From an uncultured archaeon (GTDB taxonomy: Archaea; Asgardarchaeota; Hermodarchaeia; Hermodarchaeales; Hermodarchaeaceae), in assembly GCA_964347045.1 (NCBI GenBank), contig CAYFXC010000004.1:46465-110464 (forward strand): DNA of 64,000 nucleotides, written 5' to 3'. How positions within the stretch are numbered: position 1 is the stretch's first letter; each line of letters opens with the position of its first letter. Positions 10,344-19,316 of this stretch are shown here, piece after piece. The notes under the pieces are model-generated. The model was not told the DNA's origin and ran no database searches. It saw only the letters and a list, made by a program, of their open reading frames with translations. Made by a program: the position numbers and the translations under genes.

Positions 10344-11192
10344 TCAATGACCCTTTAAATTGTGGGCGCATTTATCTTTGTACGCCTCAAAAGCCTGAAA
10401 CTCCTGCCGCTTATAGATTTCAAGACGGGATAGTAGCAAATCAAAATTTACTTCATGGGCATCAAACTCAGGACCATCAACGCAGGCAAACTTCATTTCA
10501 CCACCAATCTCAACTCGACAGGCGCCACACATTCCTGTGCCATCTACCATGATAGGGTTTAAGCTACATTCGGTTTTTACACCAAAAGATTTCGTGATTG
10601 CTGCAACAAATTTCATCATGATTGGTGGTCCGACAGTAAAGACATAGTCAATTTTTCGATTGGATTCAAGTAGTTCTTTTAGTTTTGTTGTGACGAATCC
10701 TTGTGTTCCTTTTGAGCCATCATCGGTGGTGACGTGGAGTTCATCACTTACTTGGCTAAGTTCGATTTCACAAACAAGGAGATCTTCCTGCCGTGCGCCT
10801 AGAATCGTTATGAGCTTATTTCCTGCGTCTTTAAATTGATGTGCCCGTGGAAGAGCTTCTGCAGCACCGCAACCCCCAGCAACCACAACTACAGTTCCAT
10901 AATTCTCTACAGCGGGAGGATTTCCCAATGGCCCAAGGATATCTTTAATCGTATCACCAGGTTTCAATTGAGCTAGTTCCATTGTGGATTTGCCAACGAC
11001 TTGAAAAACAATAGTAATAGAACCTGTTTCACTATCCCAGTTTTTGATAGTGAGAGGAATTCGTTCCCCATGGTCGTGTAGACGATAAATAAGAAACTGC
11101 CCTGGACTGGCTTTTGCAGCAATTTTGGGAGCTTCCACATCAAACTCGTAGATATCAATGGCAATTTGGCGAGTTGCTAAAACTTTGAACAT
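10344..11192 (-). CDS. NfnA/SudB-type ferredoxin-NADP+ oxidoreductase small subunit (FAD + [2Fe-2S]; PyrK-like)
   Basis: 282 aa. FNR-like fold (GQFLIYRL, ERIPLTI, VVVVAGGCGAAEALP) and the C-terminal cluster motif GTGMCGACRV...KFACVDGPEF typical of the PyrK/SudB/NfnA family. Confidence 0.85.
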   Translation of the reverse strand: MFKVLATRQIAIDIYEFDVEAPKIAAKASPGQFLIYRLHDHGERIPLTIKNWDSETGSITIVFQVVGKSTMELAQLKPGDTIKDILGPLGNPPAVENYGTVVVVAGGCGAAEALPRAHQFKDAGNKLITILGARQEDLLVCEIELSQVSDELHVTTDDGSKGTQGFVTTKLKELLESNRKIDYVFTVGPPIMMKFVAAITKSFGVKTECSLNPIMVDGTGMCGACRVEIGGEMKFACVDGPEFDAHEVNFDLLLSRLEIYKRQEFQAFEAYKDKCAHNLKGH

Positions 11193-11344
11193 CTATGTTC
11201 TTCTTCCTAGTGATGAGTAGAGGTTCTATGTGGCGGGTGAATTGACAAATGGTTTAAACATTCCCATTGTTTTACTGTTTTTTCCGAATGAAATGTAAAA
11301 CCGTTTTGATTTTATCTTACCCTAATTATGTGGTAATGATTTTG

Positions 11345-13069
11345 ATGGCAGAGTATGTTCACACATTTGATGCGATTGTAGTGGGTGGTGGGCTTTCTGG
11401 TCTACGAACTGCCATAGGGATTAATGATGCAGCACCTCATCATAAAATAGCTGTTGTTTCTAAGGTTCACCCCCTCAGGTCCCACTCAGTGGCAGCACAA
11501 GGAGGAATTAACGCAGCTCTTGGAAATCACCCCAATGGAAGAGATGATACTTGGCGACACCATGCATTTGATACCATTAAAAGCGGCGATTATTTAGCAG
11601 ATCAAAATGCAGTAGAAATCCTTGCAAAAGAAGCTCCAGATCGTGTTTTAGAACTAGCACGTTGGGGATCCGTTTTTTCTCGGTTTGATGATGGTTCCAT
11701 CGCCCAACGACCTTTTGGGGGGGCAGGATTTCCTCGAACATGCTATGCCGCTGACCGAACTGGACATCACCTTTTGCACACATTATTCGAGCAGACTCTC
11801 AAGCGAGGAATTCCAATATTTGATGAACATTTCGTCTTTGACCTTATCACCGATGAAAATCGTTGTCAGGGAGCTGTTACCCTGCATCTACCCACAGGAA
11901 AAGTGAATTGTTTTTCTTCTAAAGCAACTGTTTTGGCCACCGGTGGTTGGGGCCGAATTTTTTCGTGTTCAACCAACGCTTTAATCTGTACTGGTGAAGG
12001 ATGTGGCCTTGCATTAGCGAACGGGGCAGAATTACAAGATTTAGAATTTATCCAGTTTCATCCAACGACTCTTTATGGTTCAAATATTCTCATAACTGAG
12101 GGAGCGAGAGGAGAAGGTGGATATCTCTTAAATAATAATGGAGAGCGGTTCATGGAGAAATATGCCTCAAAGGCAATGGAGTTAGCTCCTCGAGATATAG
12201 TTGCGCGAAGTATTCAAACAGAAATTAACGAAGGACGGGGGATTAATGGAGAGAATTATGTTCATCTAGATTTGAGACATCTTGGCGCAAAACGCATCAG
12301 GGAACGATTACCAGGTATTCGTGAAATAAGTATAAATTTCGCAGGAATCGATCCCATTGAATCACCTATTCCAGTACAGCCAAGCCAACATTATTCTATG
12401 GGAGGTATACGATGCGAGACTCCAAATGGGAATACTGCATTGAAAGGGCTTTATGCTGTTGGGGAATGTTCATCTGTGTCTGTCCATGGAGCCAATCGGC
12501 TTGGTGGAAACTCCCTTCTTGAAACTGTTGTTTTTGGAAAACTTGTCGGGCTACAAGTAGCACAAGACATAGACCAGATTCCAGAGGTTGAATCTGAATT
12601 AGCCGCAAAGCACCTCAAAGAGGGAAAATCGCGGGTAGAACGACTACTATCACAAAAGGGAACAAGTTCTCTTAGTGAAATTCGTTCTGAATTAGGATTA
12701 ATTATGAACGACCATTTTGGTGTGTTTCGAAATCATAGGCAAATGAAAGAAGGTTTGAAAAGAATCATGAAACTAAGAATAAACTATGAAAATATTGAGA
12801 TAACTGAAAAACAGCCTATGTTCAATCAAACCCTCGTTGGCACCCTCGAATTGGAATATCAGCTAATTCTTGCGGAAGTGGTTGCACGAGCAGCGTATAT
12901 GCGTGATGAGAGTCGTGGTGCCCATTACCGTATAGATTTTCCTAATCGCAATGACACAAATTGGCTTTTTCACATAGTTGTTGGCATGAACAAGCAACGA
13001 GAATTAGGTTTTCGGAAAGTTTCAGTTAAGATTCTCCCAGATTATCCTATAAAGGAGCGTGCTTATTGA
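11345..13069 (+). CDS. sdhA: Succinate dehydrogenase / fumarate reductase flavoprotein subunit
   Basis: [17 protein letters not shown] fold, [14 protein letters not shown] (His for covalent FAD), [32 protein letters not shown]. Start set at ATG 11345 ([16 protein letters not shown]) rather than the longer track ORF. Confidence 0.9.
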   Translation: MAEYVHTFDAIVVGGGLSGLRTAIGINDAAPHHKIAVVSKVHPLRSHSVAAQGGINAALGNHPNGRDDTWRHHAFDTIKSGDYLADQNAVEILAKEAPDRVLELARWGSVFSRFDDGSIAQRPFGGAGFPRTCYAADRTGHHLLHTLFEQTLKRGIPIFDEHFVFDLITDENRCQGAVTLHLPTGKVNCFSSKATVLATGGWGRIFSCSTNALICTGEGCGLALANGAELQDLEFIQFHPTTLYGSNILITEGARGEGGYLLNNNGERFMEKYASKAMELAPRDIVARSIQTEINEGRGINGENYVHLDLRHLGAKRIRERLPGIREISINFAGIDPIESPIPVQPSQHYSMGGIRCETPNGNTALKGLYAVGECSSVSVHGANRLGGNSLLETVVFGKLVGLQVAQDIDQIPEVESELAAKHLKEGKSRVERLLSQKGTSSLSEIRSELGLIMNDHFGVFRNHRQMKEGLKRIMKLRINYENIEITEKQPMFNQTLVGTLELEYQLILAEVVARAAYMRDESRGAHYRIDFPNRNDTNWLFHIVVGMNKQRELGFRKVSVKILPDYPIKERAY

Positions 13070-13070
13070 T

Positions 13071-13829
13071 ATGCCCAAGTTCACTCGATTCAAGGTTTTT
13101 CGATATAACCCAGAAAATAAACCAAAAAGTCGGTATGATGAGTTTGATGTTCCTCTTAATCCTGGAATGACAATTTTAGATGGCCTCTTTTACATTCAAC
13201 ACAACCTTGACCAAAGCATGGCTTTCCGATACTCATGTCGGGGGGCAGTTTGTGGGAGCTGTGCGATAATTATCAATAAAGTTCCTCGTCTTGCGTGCCG
13301 AACTCAAATTGTCAACTTAATGAATGAGAAGATATTGGAACTCAAGGCACCATATGGGAAACTTCAACATACAATTGATTTCAATCCAGAACAAGAAGTG
13401 TTATTGGAACCGTTACCTAATTTTGAACTTATCAAAGACCTTGTTGTAGAACTCAAACCGTTCTGGGAAAAACTCGAAAAAATCCGTCCGTGGATTATTA
13501 CCCAAAAACCTTCCGAAAAAATGTCTCCTGAACTCGCTCACCGCCTTGATCGGGTAGCGAATTGTTTTCTCTGTGCGCTCTGTTATGGATCTTGTCCTAT
13601 CAACAATCGTTTTGAGGAGTATGTAGGTCCAGCGGCGTTAGCTCGAGCTTGGCGTTTCATTGTAGATTCCACCGATGAAGTTACCCAAGAGAGACTAGCG
13701 AACCTTAAATCCAAACCCGGTGGGGCTTTAGGATGCGAATATTTTTACAATTGTGTCAAGGTATGCCCTCGAAAGGTCGCTCCAGCCCTGGAAATTCGGA
13801 AAATTCATCAAAAAATGGGAATAGAATAA
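13071..13829 (+). CDS. sdhB: Succinate dehydrogenase / fumarate reductase iron-sulfur subunit
   Basis: Three Cys clusters in canonical order: CRGAVCGSC...C (2Fe-2S), CFLCALCYGSCP, and CEYFYNCVKVCP. The ATG at 13071 immediately follows the sdhA stop. Confidence 0.88.
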   Translation: MPKFTRFKVFRYNPENKPKSRYDEFDVPLNPGMTILDGLFYIQHNLDQSMAFRYSCRGAVCGSCAIIINKVPRLACRTQIVNLMNEKILELKAPYGKLQHTIDFNPEQEVLLEPLPNFELIKDLVVELKPFWEKLEKIRPWIITQKPSEKMSPELAHRLDRVANCFLCALCYGSCPINNRFEEYVGPAALARAWRFIVDSTDEVTQERLANLKSKPGGALGCEYFYNCVKVCPRKVAPALEIRKIHQKMGIE

Positions 13830-13838
13830 TCATAGGAG

Positions 13839-15227
13839 TTGTTGAATATTAAAACTAGAAAAGAAATGGATTCTCTTGGAGAACTTGAGGTTCCTGCTAG
13901 GGCACTTTATGGAATTCAAACACTTCGGGCGAAAAATAATTTTCCTATCACCGAAGGCTCCCCCCATGCGGAGTTTATCATTGCATATGCACATGTGAAA
14001 AAAGCGGCAGCCCAAACGAACCTTGAGACTAAGAAACTAGCGAAAGAAATCGCTGAACCTATTATTCAAGCAGCCACTGAAATCACTACTGGCCAACACC
14101 TTGAACAATTCATTATAGATAGACTCGCGAACATTACCTCCTTTAACATGAACGCCAATGAAGTGATTGCTAACCGAGCGCTCGATCTACTCGGAAAACC
14201 CCGTGGAAAAAAAAGCATTATCCACCCAAATGATCACGTCAATATGAGTCAAAGCACCAACGACACTTTCCCAACTGCCATGGCAATTGCCATTCTTCAA
14301 ACATGGAAACCCCTCAAGGAGGTTTTGGAACTTCTTCGTGATACGTTTTGGCAAAAAGGGAAAACTTGGCAAGATTTGCTGAAATCGGGTCGAACTCATC
14401 TTCAAGATGCAACACCTATTAGTCTTGGAGCCGAATTCCAAATGTATGGCACAGTAATCAACAAACAAATCAATGGACTTGAACAGGCTTTAGAAAATGT
14501 TCGACTGGTTCCTATTGGTGGAACTGCTGTTGGAACGGGAGTTAATACTCCCCCTAACTATATCAAACATTTCCTTGCGTTTATCCAAAAAGACGGTATT
14601 CAATTATCAACTCCTAAAGACCTGCCCTATATTCAAGCATCACGTCACAATCTATCACGATTCTCTGGATCTCTTCGAGAATTAGCCCTCGAACTCATCA
14701 GAATCGCTAATGATCTCCGCCTCCTTTCATCAGGACCAACTAGCGGAATTGGCGAAATTGAGCTTCCTGCTGTACAGCCTGGTAGTTCGATTATGCCAGG
14801 AAAAGTCAATCCAGTAATGGCAGAATCTCTCAATATGCTAGCTTTTCGCATTCTTGGTAATGACACAATGGTCTCATACGCAGTTCAAGCCGGTCAACTC
14901 GAACTAAATGTGATGATGCCCTTAATGATAGATGCGATTCTCGATTCCATGAAAATGCTCATCCGTTATATCCCTGTATTTACAAAAAATTGCATTAACG
15001 GAATCATTCCCAACGTGAAAGCAATAGAGGCTAACCTAGAAAAAAACGCCAGTTTGGTAACCCTCCTTTCTCCGATTATTGGGTATGATAAAGCTGCAGA
15101 GCTAGCTAAGGAAGCCCGAGCGAAAAACCAAGCCATTCGAAAACTAGCAAAGGAAAAGAACCTTCTCTCAGATGAAGAACTAGATCACCTCTTCTCCTCG
15201 GCAAACAAAAACAGCCAAAAACCCTGA
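13839..15227 (+). CDS. fumC: Class II fumarate hydratase / aspartase-family lyase (FumC-like)
   Basis: GRTHLQDATP, GGTAVGTGVNT, the signature GSSIMPGKVNP, and IGYDKAAELAKEA all match FumC. The usually Gly-rich 'GSGTQSNMN' region reads ANITSFNMN. TTG start preceded by 'aggag'. Assigning fumarase rather than aspartase is an inference from these motifs and the sdhAB neighbourhood. Confidence 0.75.
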   Translation: MLNIKTRKEMDSLGELEVPARALYGIQTLRAKNNFPITEGSPHAEFIIAYAHVKKAAAQTNLETKKLAKEIAEPIIQAATEITTGQHLEQFIIDRLANITSFNMNANEVIANRALDLLGKPRGKKSIIHPNDHVNMSQSTNDTFPTAMAIAILQTWKPLKEVLELLRDTFWQKGKTWQDLLKSGRTHLQDATPISLGAEFQMYGTVINKQINGLEQALENVRLVPIGGTAVGTGVNTPPNYIKHFLAFIQKDGIQLSTPKDLPYIQASRHNLSRFSGSLRELALELIRIANDLRLLSSGPTSGIGEIELPAVQPGSSIMPGKVNPVMAESLNMLAFRILGNDTMVSYAVQAGQLELNVMMPLMIDAILDSMKMLIRYIPVFTKNCINGIIPNVKAIEANLEKNASLVTLLSPIIGYDKAAELAKEARAKNQAIRKLAKEKNLLSDEELDHLFSSANKNSQKP

Positions 15228-15257
15228 AATCAAAGAAAAGTATGTTGTGATTTTGAT

Positions 15258-15794
15258 ATGACGAATCTATGGCGGGAAATATCACCAGGTCCTAATCCAC
15301 CCAAGCGTGTGCATGTAATTGTAGAAGTCCCCAAAGGCGAGACGAATAAATATGAATACAATCATGATTTGGGGTTTTTTCTGCTAGATCGTGTCTTGTA
15401 TGGAGCTTTATATTTCCCAGCTGACTATGGAATCATTCCACAGACATGGTACACTGACAACGATCCCTTAGATATTATGGTTTTAACATCAAAACCAACT
15501 TTTACTGGTTGCATCTTAGAAGCACGACCAATTGGTGTATTGACTATGGAAGATGAGAAAGGTGAAGATGATAAGATCATCGCGGTTCCAGTAAAAGATC
15601 CTCGGTTTGATGAACTCACGGATTGTTCTTTGATGGCAAAGCATCTTCGAGCAGAAATTGCCGATTTTTTCTTGAATTACAAGAATCTTGAACCTCGTAA
15701 ATGGGTCAAAGTCAAAGAATGGAAAGACTCTCCAGAAGCAGAGAAATTAATTTCAATGGCCATTAAACTATATCAAGAACAGATTAGCGACTAG
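15258..15794 (+). CDS. ppa: Inorganic pyrophosphatase (family I)
   Basis: 178 aa with IVEVPKGETNKYEY, DRVLY, YPADYGIIPQT and DNDPLDIMVL, the canonical family I PPase motifs. Confidence 0.92.
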   Translation: MTNLWREISPGPNPPKRVHVIVEVPKGETNKYEYNHDLGFFLLDRVLYGALYFPADYGIIPQTWYTDNDPLDIMVLTSKPTFTGCILEARPIGVLTMEDEKGEDDKIIAVPVKDPRFDELTDCSLMAKHLRAEIADFFLNYKNLEPRKWVKVKEWKDSPEAEKLISMAIKLYQEQISD

Positions 15795-16392
15795 CAAATT
15801 TTGCAGAAGCATTTTTCCGTTTTCGGCGAGTGAAAAACAATCTAATGCTGGGAATTAGGAAAGGGGTTTTTCTCTTGTACTCAAGATATTTTTCTCCAAA
15901 CCGACGTTTTAAGTTAGGTTCCTCACGTTTTTTAATAATAATGAGTTGAACACCTAATACTATTAGAGGTATGAATAAAGCCATTCCAAGAGATCTAAAA
16001 AGTAAGCCCATACCCAACGGAAGCAGTGTGTATCCAAAGGTTATGGGGTTTCGCGTATACGCAAAGATGCCTGTAGTAATGAGAACCGTTGACTGAGATT
16101 GATCTTCAGCTTCACCCCATGGCAACCCTTTCCCAATATCCCGTAGCTGTCGAGTAGCTTTGATACCAATTGTGGCACCGCCTACCATAATAGAGATGCC
16201 AGAAATGATATTGTATGGGAATGGAGGAAAACTGGGGAGTAGCAATAAAGCATCAAGCCACGACCCCAAAAGGAAAGTTCCAACAGGTACCAAGAGAAAG
16301 ATTAGCAAGTATGGGATAAAATAGCGTAACCGAAGTACGGGTTTAGTGGTTGAAGCTGTACTAGTTTGAGTATCCGATATCATTGTATCCAT
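15784..16392 (-). CDS. Membrane methyltransferase of the ICMT/PEMT family
   Basis: Polytopic, with the C-terminal signature GIFAYTRNPITFGY...EEPNLKRRFGEKYLEYKRKTPFLIP characteristic of isoprenylcysteine carboxyl / phospholipid methyltransferases. Confidence 0.65.
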   Translation of the reverse strand: MDTMISDTQTSTASTTKPVLRLRYFIPYLLIFLLVPVGTFLLGSWLDALLLLPSFPPFPYNIISGISIMVGGATIGIKATRQLRDIGKGLPWGEAEDQSQSTVLITTGIFAYTRNPITFGYTLLPLGMGLLFRSLGMALFIPLIVLGVQLIIIKKREEPNLKRRFGEKYLEYKRKTPFLIPSIRLFFTRRKRKNASAKFASR

Positions 16393-16399
16393 CCAGAAA

Positions 16400-16476
16400 T
16401 GGCGGGCCCGCAGGGATTCGAACCCTGGTTCTTCGGCTTAGAGGGCCGATGCCTTATCCAGCTTGGCCACGGGCCC
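16400..16476 (-). tRNA. tRNA-Arg (anticodon UCU by position) with encoded CCA
   Basis: Minus-strand read: GGGCCCG TG GCCAAGCTGGATAAGGC A TCGGC CCTCTAA GCCGA AGAAC CAGGG TTCGAAT CCCTG CGGGCCC G CCA. The cloverleaf is perfect, with a 7-bp GC-rich acceptor stem, T-loop TTCGAAT and a 5-nt variable loop. Anticodon loop CCUCUAA puts UCU at positions 34-36, with C rather than U at position 33. Confidence 0.8.
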
Positions 16477-16585
16477 GGATTTTAGGAAATAAGGAATTCG
16501 GGATATTCGATGAAGATAGCAGTAAGAGCTGGATATATTTTTATCTATACATCGTGTGGTGAGAGTAGAATGGCGGGTGTTATCG

Positions 16586-16801
16586 ATGGACATAGATCAT
16601 AGTTCCATAGAGGACGCATTACCTAGTAGCGTTACAGAGATTCAAATCACTGAATCCAAGACTGTTCGGGCACTTTTAAAGGAATTGGGCTTACTTTACC
16701 GACACTATGTGGTCTTGGTAGATGGAAAGCGCGCCCATTTAGCAGATGAAATCAAAGAAGGGCAACGTGTTATTGTTCTTCCAATCATTGCAGGGGGGTA
16801 A
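16586..16801 (+). CDS. ThiS/MoaD-family beta-grasp protein with C-terminal Gly-Gly (SAMP/Urm1-like)
   Basis: About 71 aa from ATG 16586. It ends ...VLVDGKRAHLADEIKEGQRVIVLPIIAGG-stop, the classic ThiS/MoaD/SAMP C-terminus. The track ORF starts at an upstream GTG (16556). Confidence 0.65.
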   Translation: MDIDHSSIEDALPSSVTEIQITESKTVRALLKELGLLYRHYVVLVDGKRAHLADEIKEGQRVIVLPIIAGG

Positions 16802-16807
16802 ATTCAC

Positions 16808-17695
16808 CTACCTAAATTCAATTTTTTCTTCTGTGGGCAAAAAGACGGGAATTTTACTATTAAATTCTTTTTTGAGTTCTTCTATTGCTTTAACATAATT
16901 GTTTTTAGAAACCCGTGTAGTTAAGTGTGTGAGAAGAACCCGTTTCACTTGCCCATGGTGAAAAACCTCGAAGGCTTGTCGTAATGTTAAATGAGGAGCT
17001 TCCTTGGCCGGAATCCATTGCGGATGAATCCACGAAGCATCAATAATCAATAGATCGGCTTCACGAACTTCATCTTCAAGGTGTGGTGCTGGACCTGTAT
17101 CACCGGTGTAGACAATAGTACGACTTCGCGATGGCAACAAGTATTCATGTGATCGAATAGTTTTGGAGCGGAGCCGAACTGATTTTTCCTGAGCTAGATC
17201 ACTCCATTTTTTCTTTGGAATCCCATCGGCTTCGAGCTTTGCAGTGTTTAATCGTCGCTTAGGGGATTCCGATATCGTAAATCCACAACTAGGACTAGGA
17301 TGGTTAACTTCAAATGCCCGAATTGTCAATTTCCCAATTTTCACTGGTTTTTTTCCAGAGGGAAGTGGATGAAGCTTAATAAAGCCGGGTTCTCCCGAGA
17401 TTTGGTACATTTGTTGAACTGTTGGGCCAATTTCTTGAGGAAATACTAAAAGAAGTTCATGGTTCCAATCACGCTGATTCAGGAACCAAAGTAGTGGTGG
17501 TAGACCCCATAGATGGTCGAGATGCGCATGGGAGAGCAAAATCGCGGATAGGCCACGAAGGCGTAATCCTCGTCGCCATATTTCAGTGATCGTGCCTGGA
17601 CCACAATCGAGAAGTAATCGGACCCCTTCCCAATGAACCATCGTAGAAGTCGAAAGCGAACCAACACCGTGAAGGGGAAAAATCGAAATCATCAT
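16808..17695 (-). CDS. Metallo-beta-lactamase-fold hydrolase, RNase Z-like
   Basis: LLLDCGPGT, SHAHLDHLWG (HxHxDH), VNHPSPSCGF, YTGDTGP, LLTHLTTR in the order seen in RNase Z/ElaC. Divergent at some positions, so tRNA 3' processing activity is not assured. Confidence 0.55.
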   Translation of the reverse strand: MMISIFPLHGVGSLSTSTMVHWEGVRLLLDCGPGTITEIWRRGLRLRGLSAILLSHAHLDHLWGLPPLLWFLNQRDWNHELLLVFPQEIGPTVQQMYQISGEPGFIKLHPLPSGKKPVKIGKLTIRAFEVNHPSPSCGFTISESPKRRLNTAKLEADGIPKKKWSDLAQEKSVRLRSKTIRSHEYLLPSRSRTIVYTGDTGPAPHLEDEVREADLLIIDASWIHPQWIPAKEAPHLTLRQAFEVFHHGQVKRVLLTHLTTRVSKNNYVKAIEELKKEFNSKIPVFLPTEEKIEFR

Positions 17696-17816
17696 TGATA
17701 ATCTATATTAGATGAAATGTTATTAAGAAATGCTCCTACCAGAAAATCTTTTAAAAACCTTTGAACATTCGGGTTCACTCCTATAACACGTTTCAATAGT
17801 ACGATGGTGTATAATT

Positions 17817-19193
17817 GTGAAAAAAAAGACGACGTTGATTTCTTTCCTGTTCATACTCTGCATACTTCTTATCAATCCTATTCTTGCCCCTGCAATCAGT
17901 ATGCAGATGAATAGATTAGGAATGAGCACTCCATTGATATCTAAGACTCCACCAGTTCCACAAACAACTCCTGATTGGATTGATGTTAACCTTGATGCGG
18001 AATACACTTTTGATAATGATTCAGTAACAATCCAATGGACTGGTCGACCTCGCACAAGCCTCCAATCCCCCTTTAATCCGCTATATAATTGGACACGCGC
18101 AGGATATATTGACGGAGGAATGGGATATGGGAACCCAGGAAATGCAACCATCTATGCGGTTGCCTGGGATAATACGACCACCTCCGCTGAAGTTACAGAT
18201 TTTCTAAACTACACCATGGTAAACTATGTTCGCTATGCCAGTTACCCCTCATTGAACATCTTCAACTTCACAGAATATGAAAACCAAACTACCTGGCTGT
18301 TTAACGATGCCATCGCCTCACACCAAGAATTCTTAAACAACACCTTTTACCTTGTCAACAATGCCACAGCCTATTTGATGGATGGATTCAACATCACAGG
18401 GATAATCCCAGAATTAACTAGATACCATATACATCTCGAATGGTTTGAAAGCGACCCCACTGCTGATATTAGCTTCACTTATACCATGGCAAATGTTATC
18501 GAAAATCAAGATAACACGTATATGCTACGTCTTGGACGAGCCATGGGTCTTAATACACCATTGAACCTCACGGGAGAAGGTCGGGTAACCATTCGTGGTC
18601 CTTTTGACCGCGTTTACCTTGAAGGTTCACCTGATTGGGCGTTTGAAGGAATCATATTTCCATATTACCCGGTTGGCGAAGAAGAATACTTGTTCACTGA
18701 ATCTGCCCAGAATTTTGATTATTTCATATCTTTCCAAGAGGGATCATCCGTTCTTGCTATTACTCGCGAATTCAGCACGAACGTACTTAACCGCGGAGAA
18801 TTACTTTTCATAACAATTACAGTTGTAAACACCGGAAACACCTATTTCTCGACAGTAGCAGTTCGTGATGTAATTGCCATCGAAACGGGTATTTTCGAAC
18901 TAGTAAGCGGAGTAGCTTCTATTACCGTGAATGATCTACAACCAGCAGAAAACATTACCCTACAGTATACAGTAATGGCTCTCGCTTCTGGAATTTACGA
19001 TTATCCGGCAGTCCAAGTAGTAGGTATTGATGCATTCTTTAGCCAAAAAACATTCCTTGGTTCAACTGAGTCAATAACCTTAGGTAGTGGTTTAACACCG
19101 GATGAGTTAACCCTTTTTGGAATTGCGGTGACCCTTTTCATTATAATCATCATACTTCTAATCCTATACCGCTTCCGTCGACGCATCTTCTAA
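17817..19193 (+). CDS. Predicted surface protein: signal peptide, Asn-x-Ser/Thr-rich ectodomain, C-terminal TM anchor
   Basis: GTG start. N-terminus MKKKTTLISFLFILCILLINPILAPA, many N-x-S/T sequons (NDS, NAT, NTT, NYT, NFT, NQT, NNT, NIT, NLT...), and C-terminus LFGIAVTLFIIIIILLILYRFRRRIF. Confidence 0.6.
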   Translation: MKKKTTLISFLFILCILLINPILAPAISMQMNRLGMSTPLISKTPPVPQTTPDWIDVNLDAEYTFDNDSVTIQWTGRPRTSLQSPFNPLYNWTRAGYIDGGMGYGNPGNATIYAVAWDNTTTSAEVTDFLNYTMVNYVRYASYPSLNIFNFTEYENQTTWLFNDAIASHQEFLNNTFYLVNNATAYLMDGFNITGIIPELTRYHIHLEWFESDPTADISFTYTMANVIENQDNTYMLRLGRAMGLNTPLNLTGEGRVTIRGPFDRVYLEGSPDWAFEGIIFPYYPVGEEEYLFTESAQNFDYFISFQEGSSVLAITREFSTNVLNRGELLFITITVVNTGNTYFSTVAVRDVIAIETGIFELVSGVASITVNDLQPAENITLQYTVMALASGIYDYPAVQVVGIDAFFSQKTFLGSTESITLGSGLTPDELTLFGIAVTLFIIIIILLILYRFRRRIF

Positions 19194-19316
19194 TCACCCT
19201 CTAAACTGAACAATCACTAAATCTTATCTTGAAACCCTCTAGTTAGTACTTTAGGCGTGGTTGGGCAAAGTCCTAAAAGCCCTAAGCCCTAACATCCCTA
19301 CAGGCGGTCGTTTGAA

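Noticed and set aside
17723-18151. 142-aa minus-strand ORF overlapping the 5' end of the surface-protein gene
   Set aside because: It is antisense to a gene with a clean signal peptide, has no motifs, and would overlap the neighbouring promoter region. It is most likely a shadow ORF.
19272-19300. Telomere-like CCCTAA units (cctaaaagccctaagccctaacatcccta) just upstream of gatD
   Set aside because: There are only two exact CCCTAA units and two partial ones, which is too short to distinguish from chance. It is more likely part of the gatD promoter or leader.
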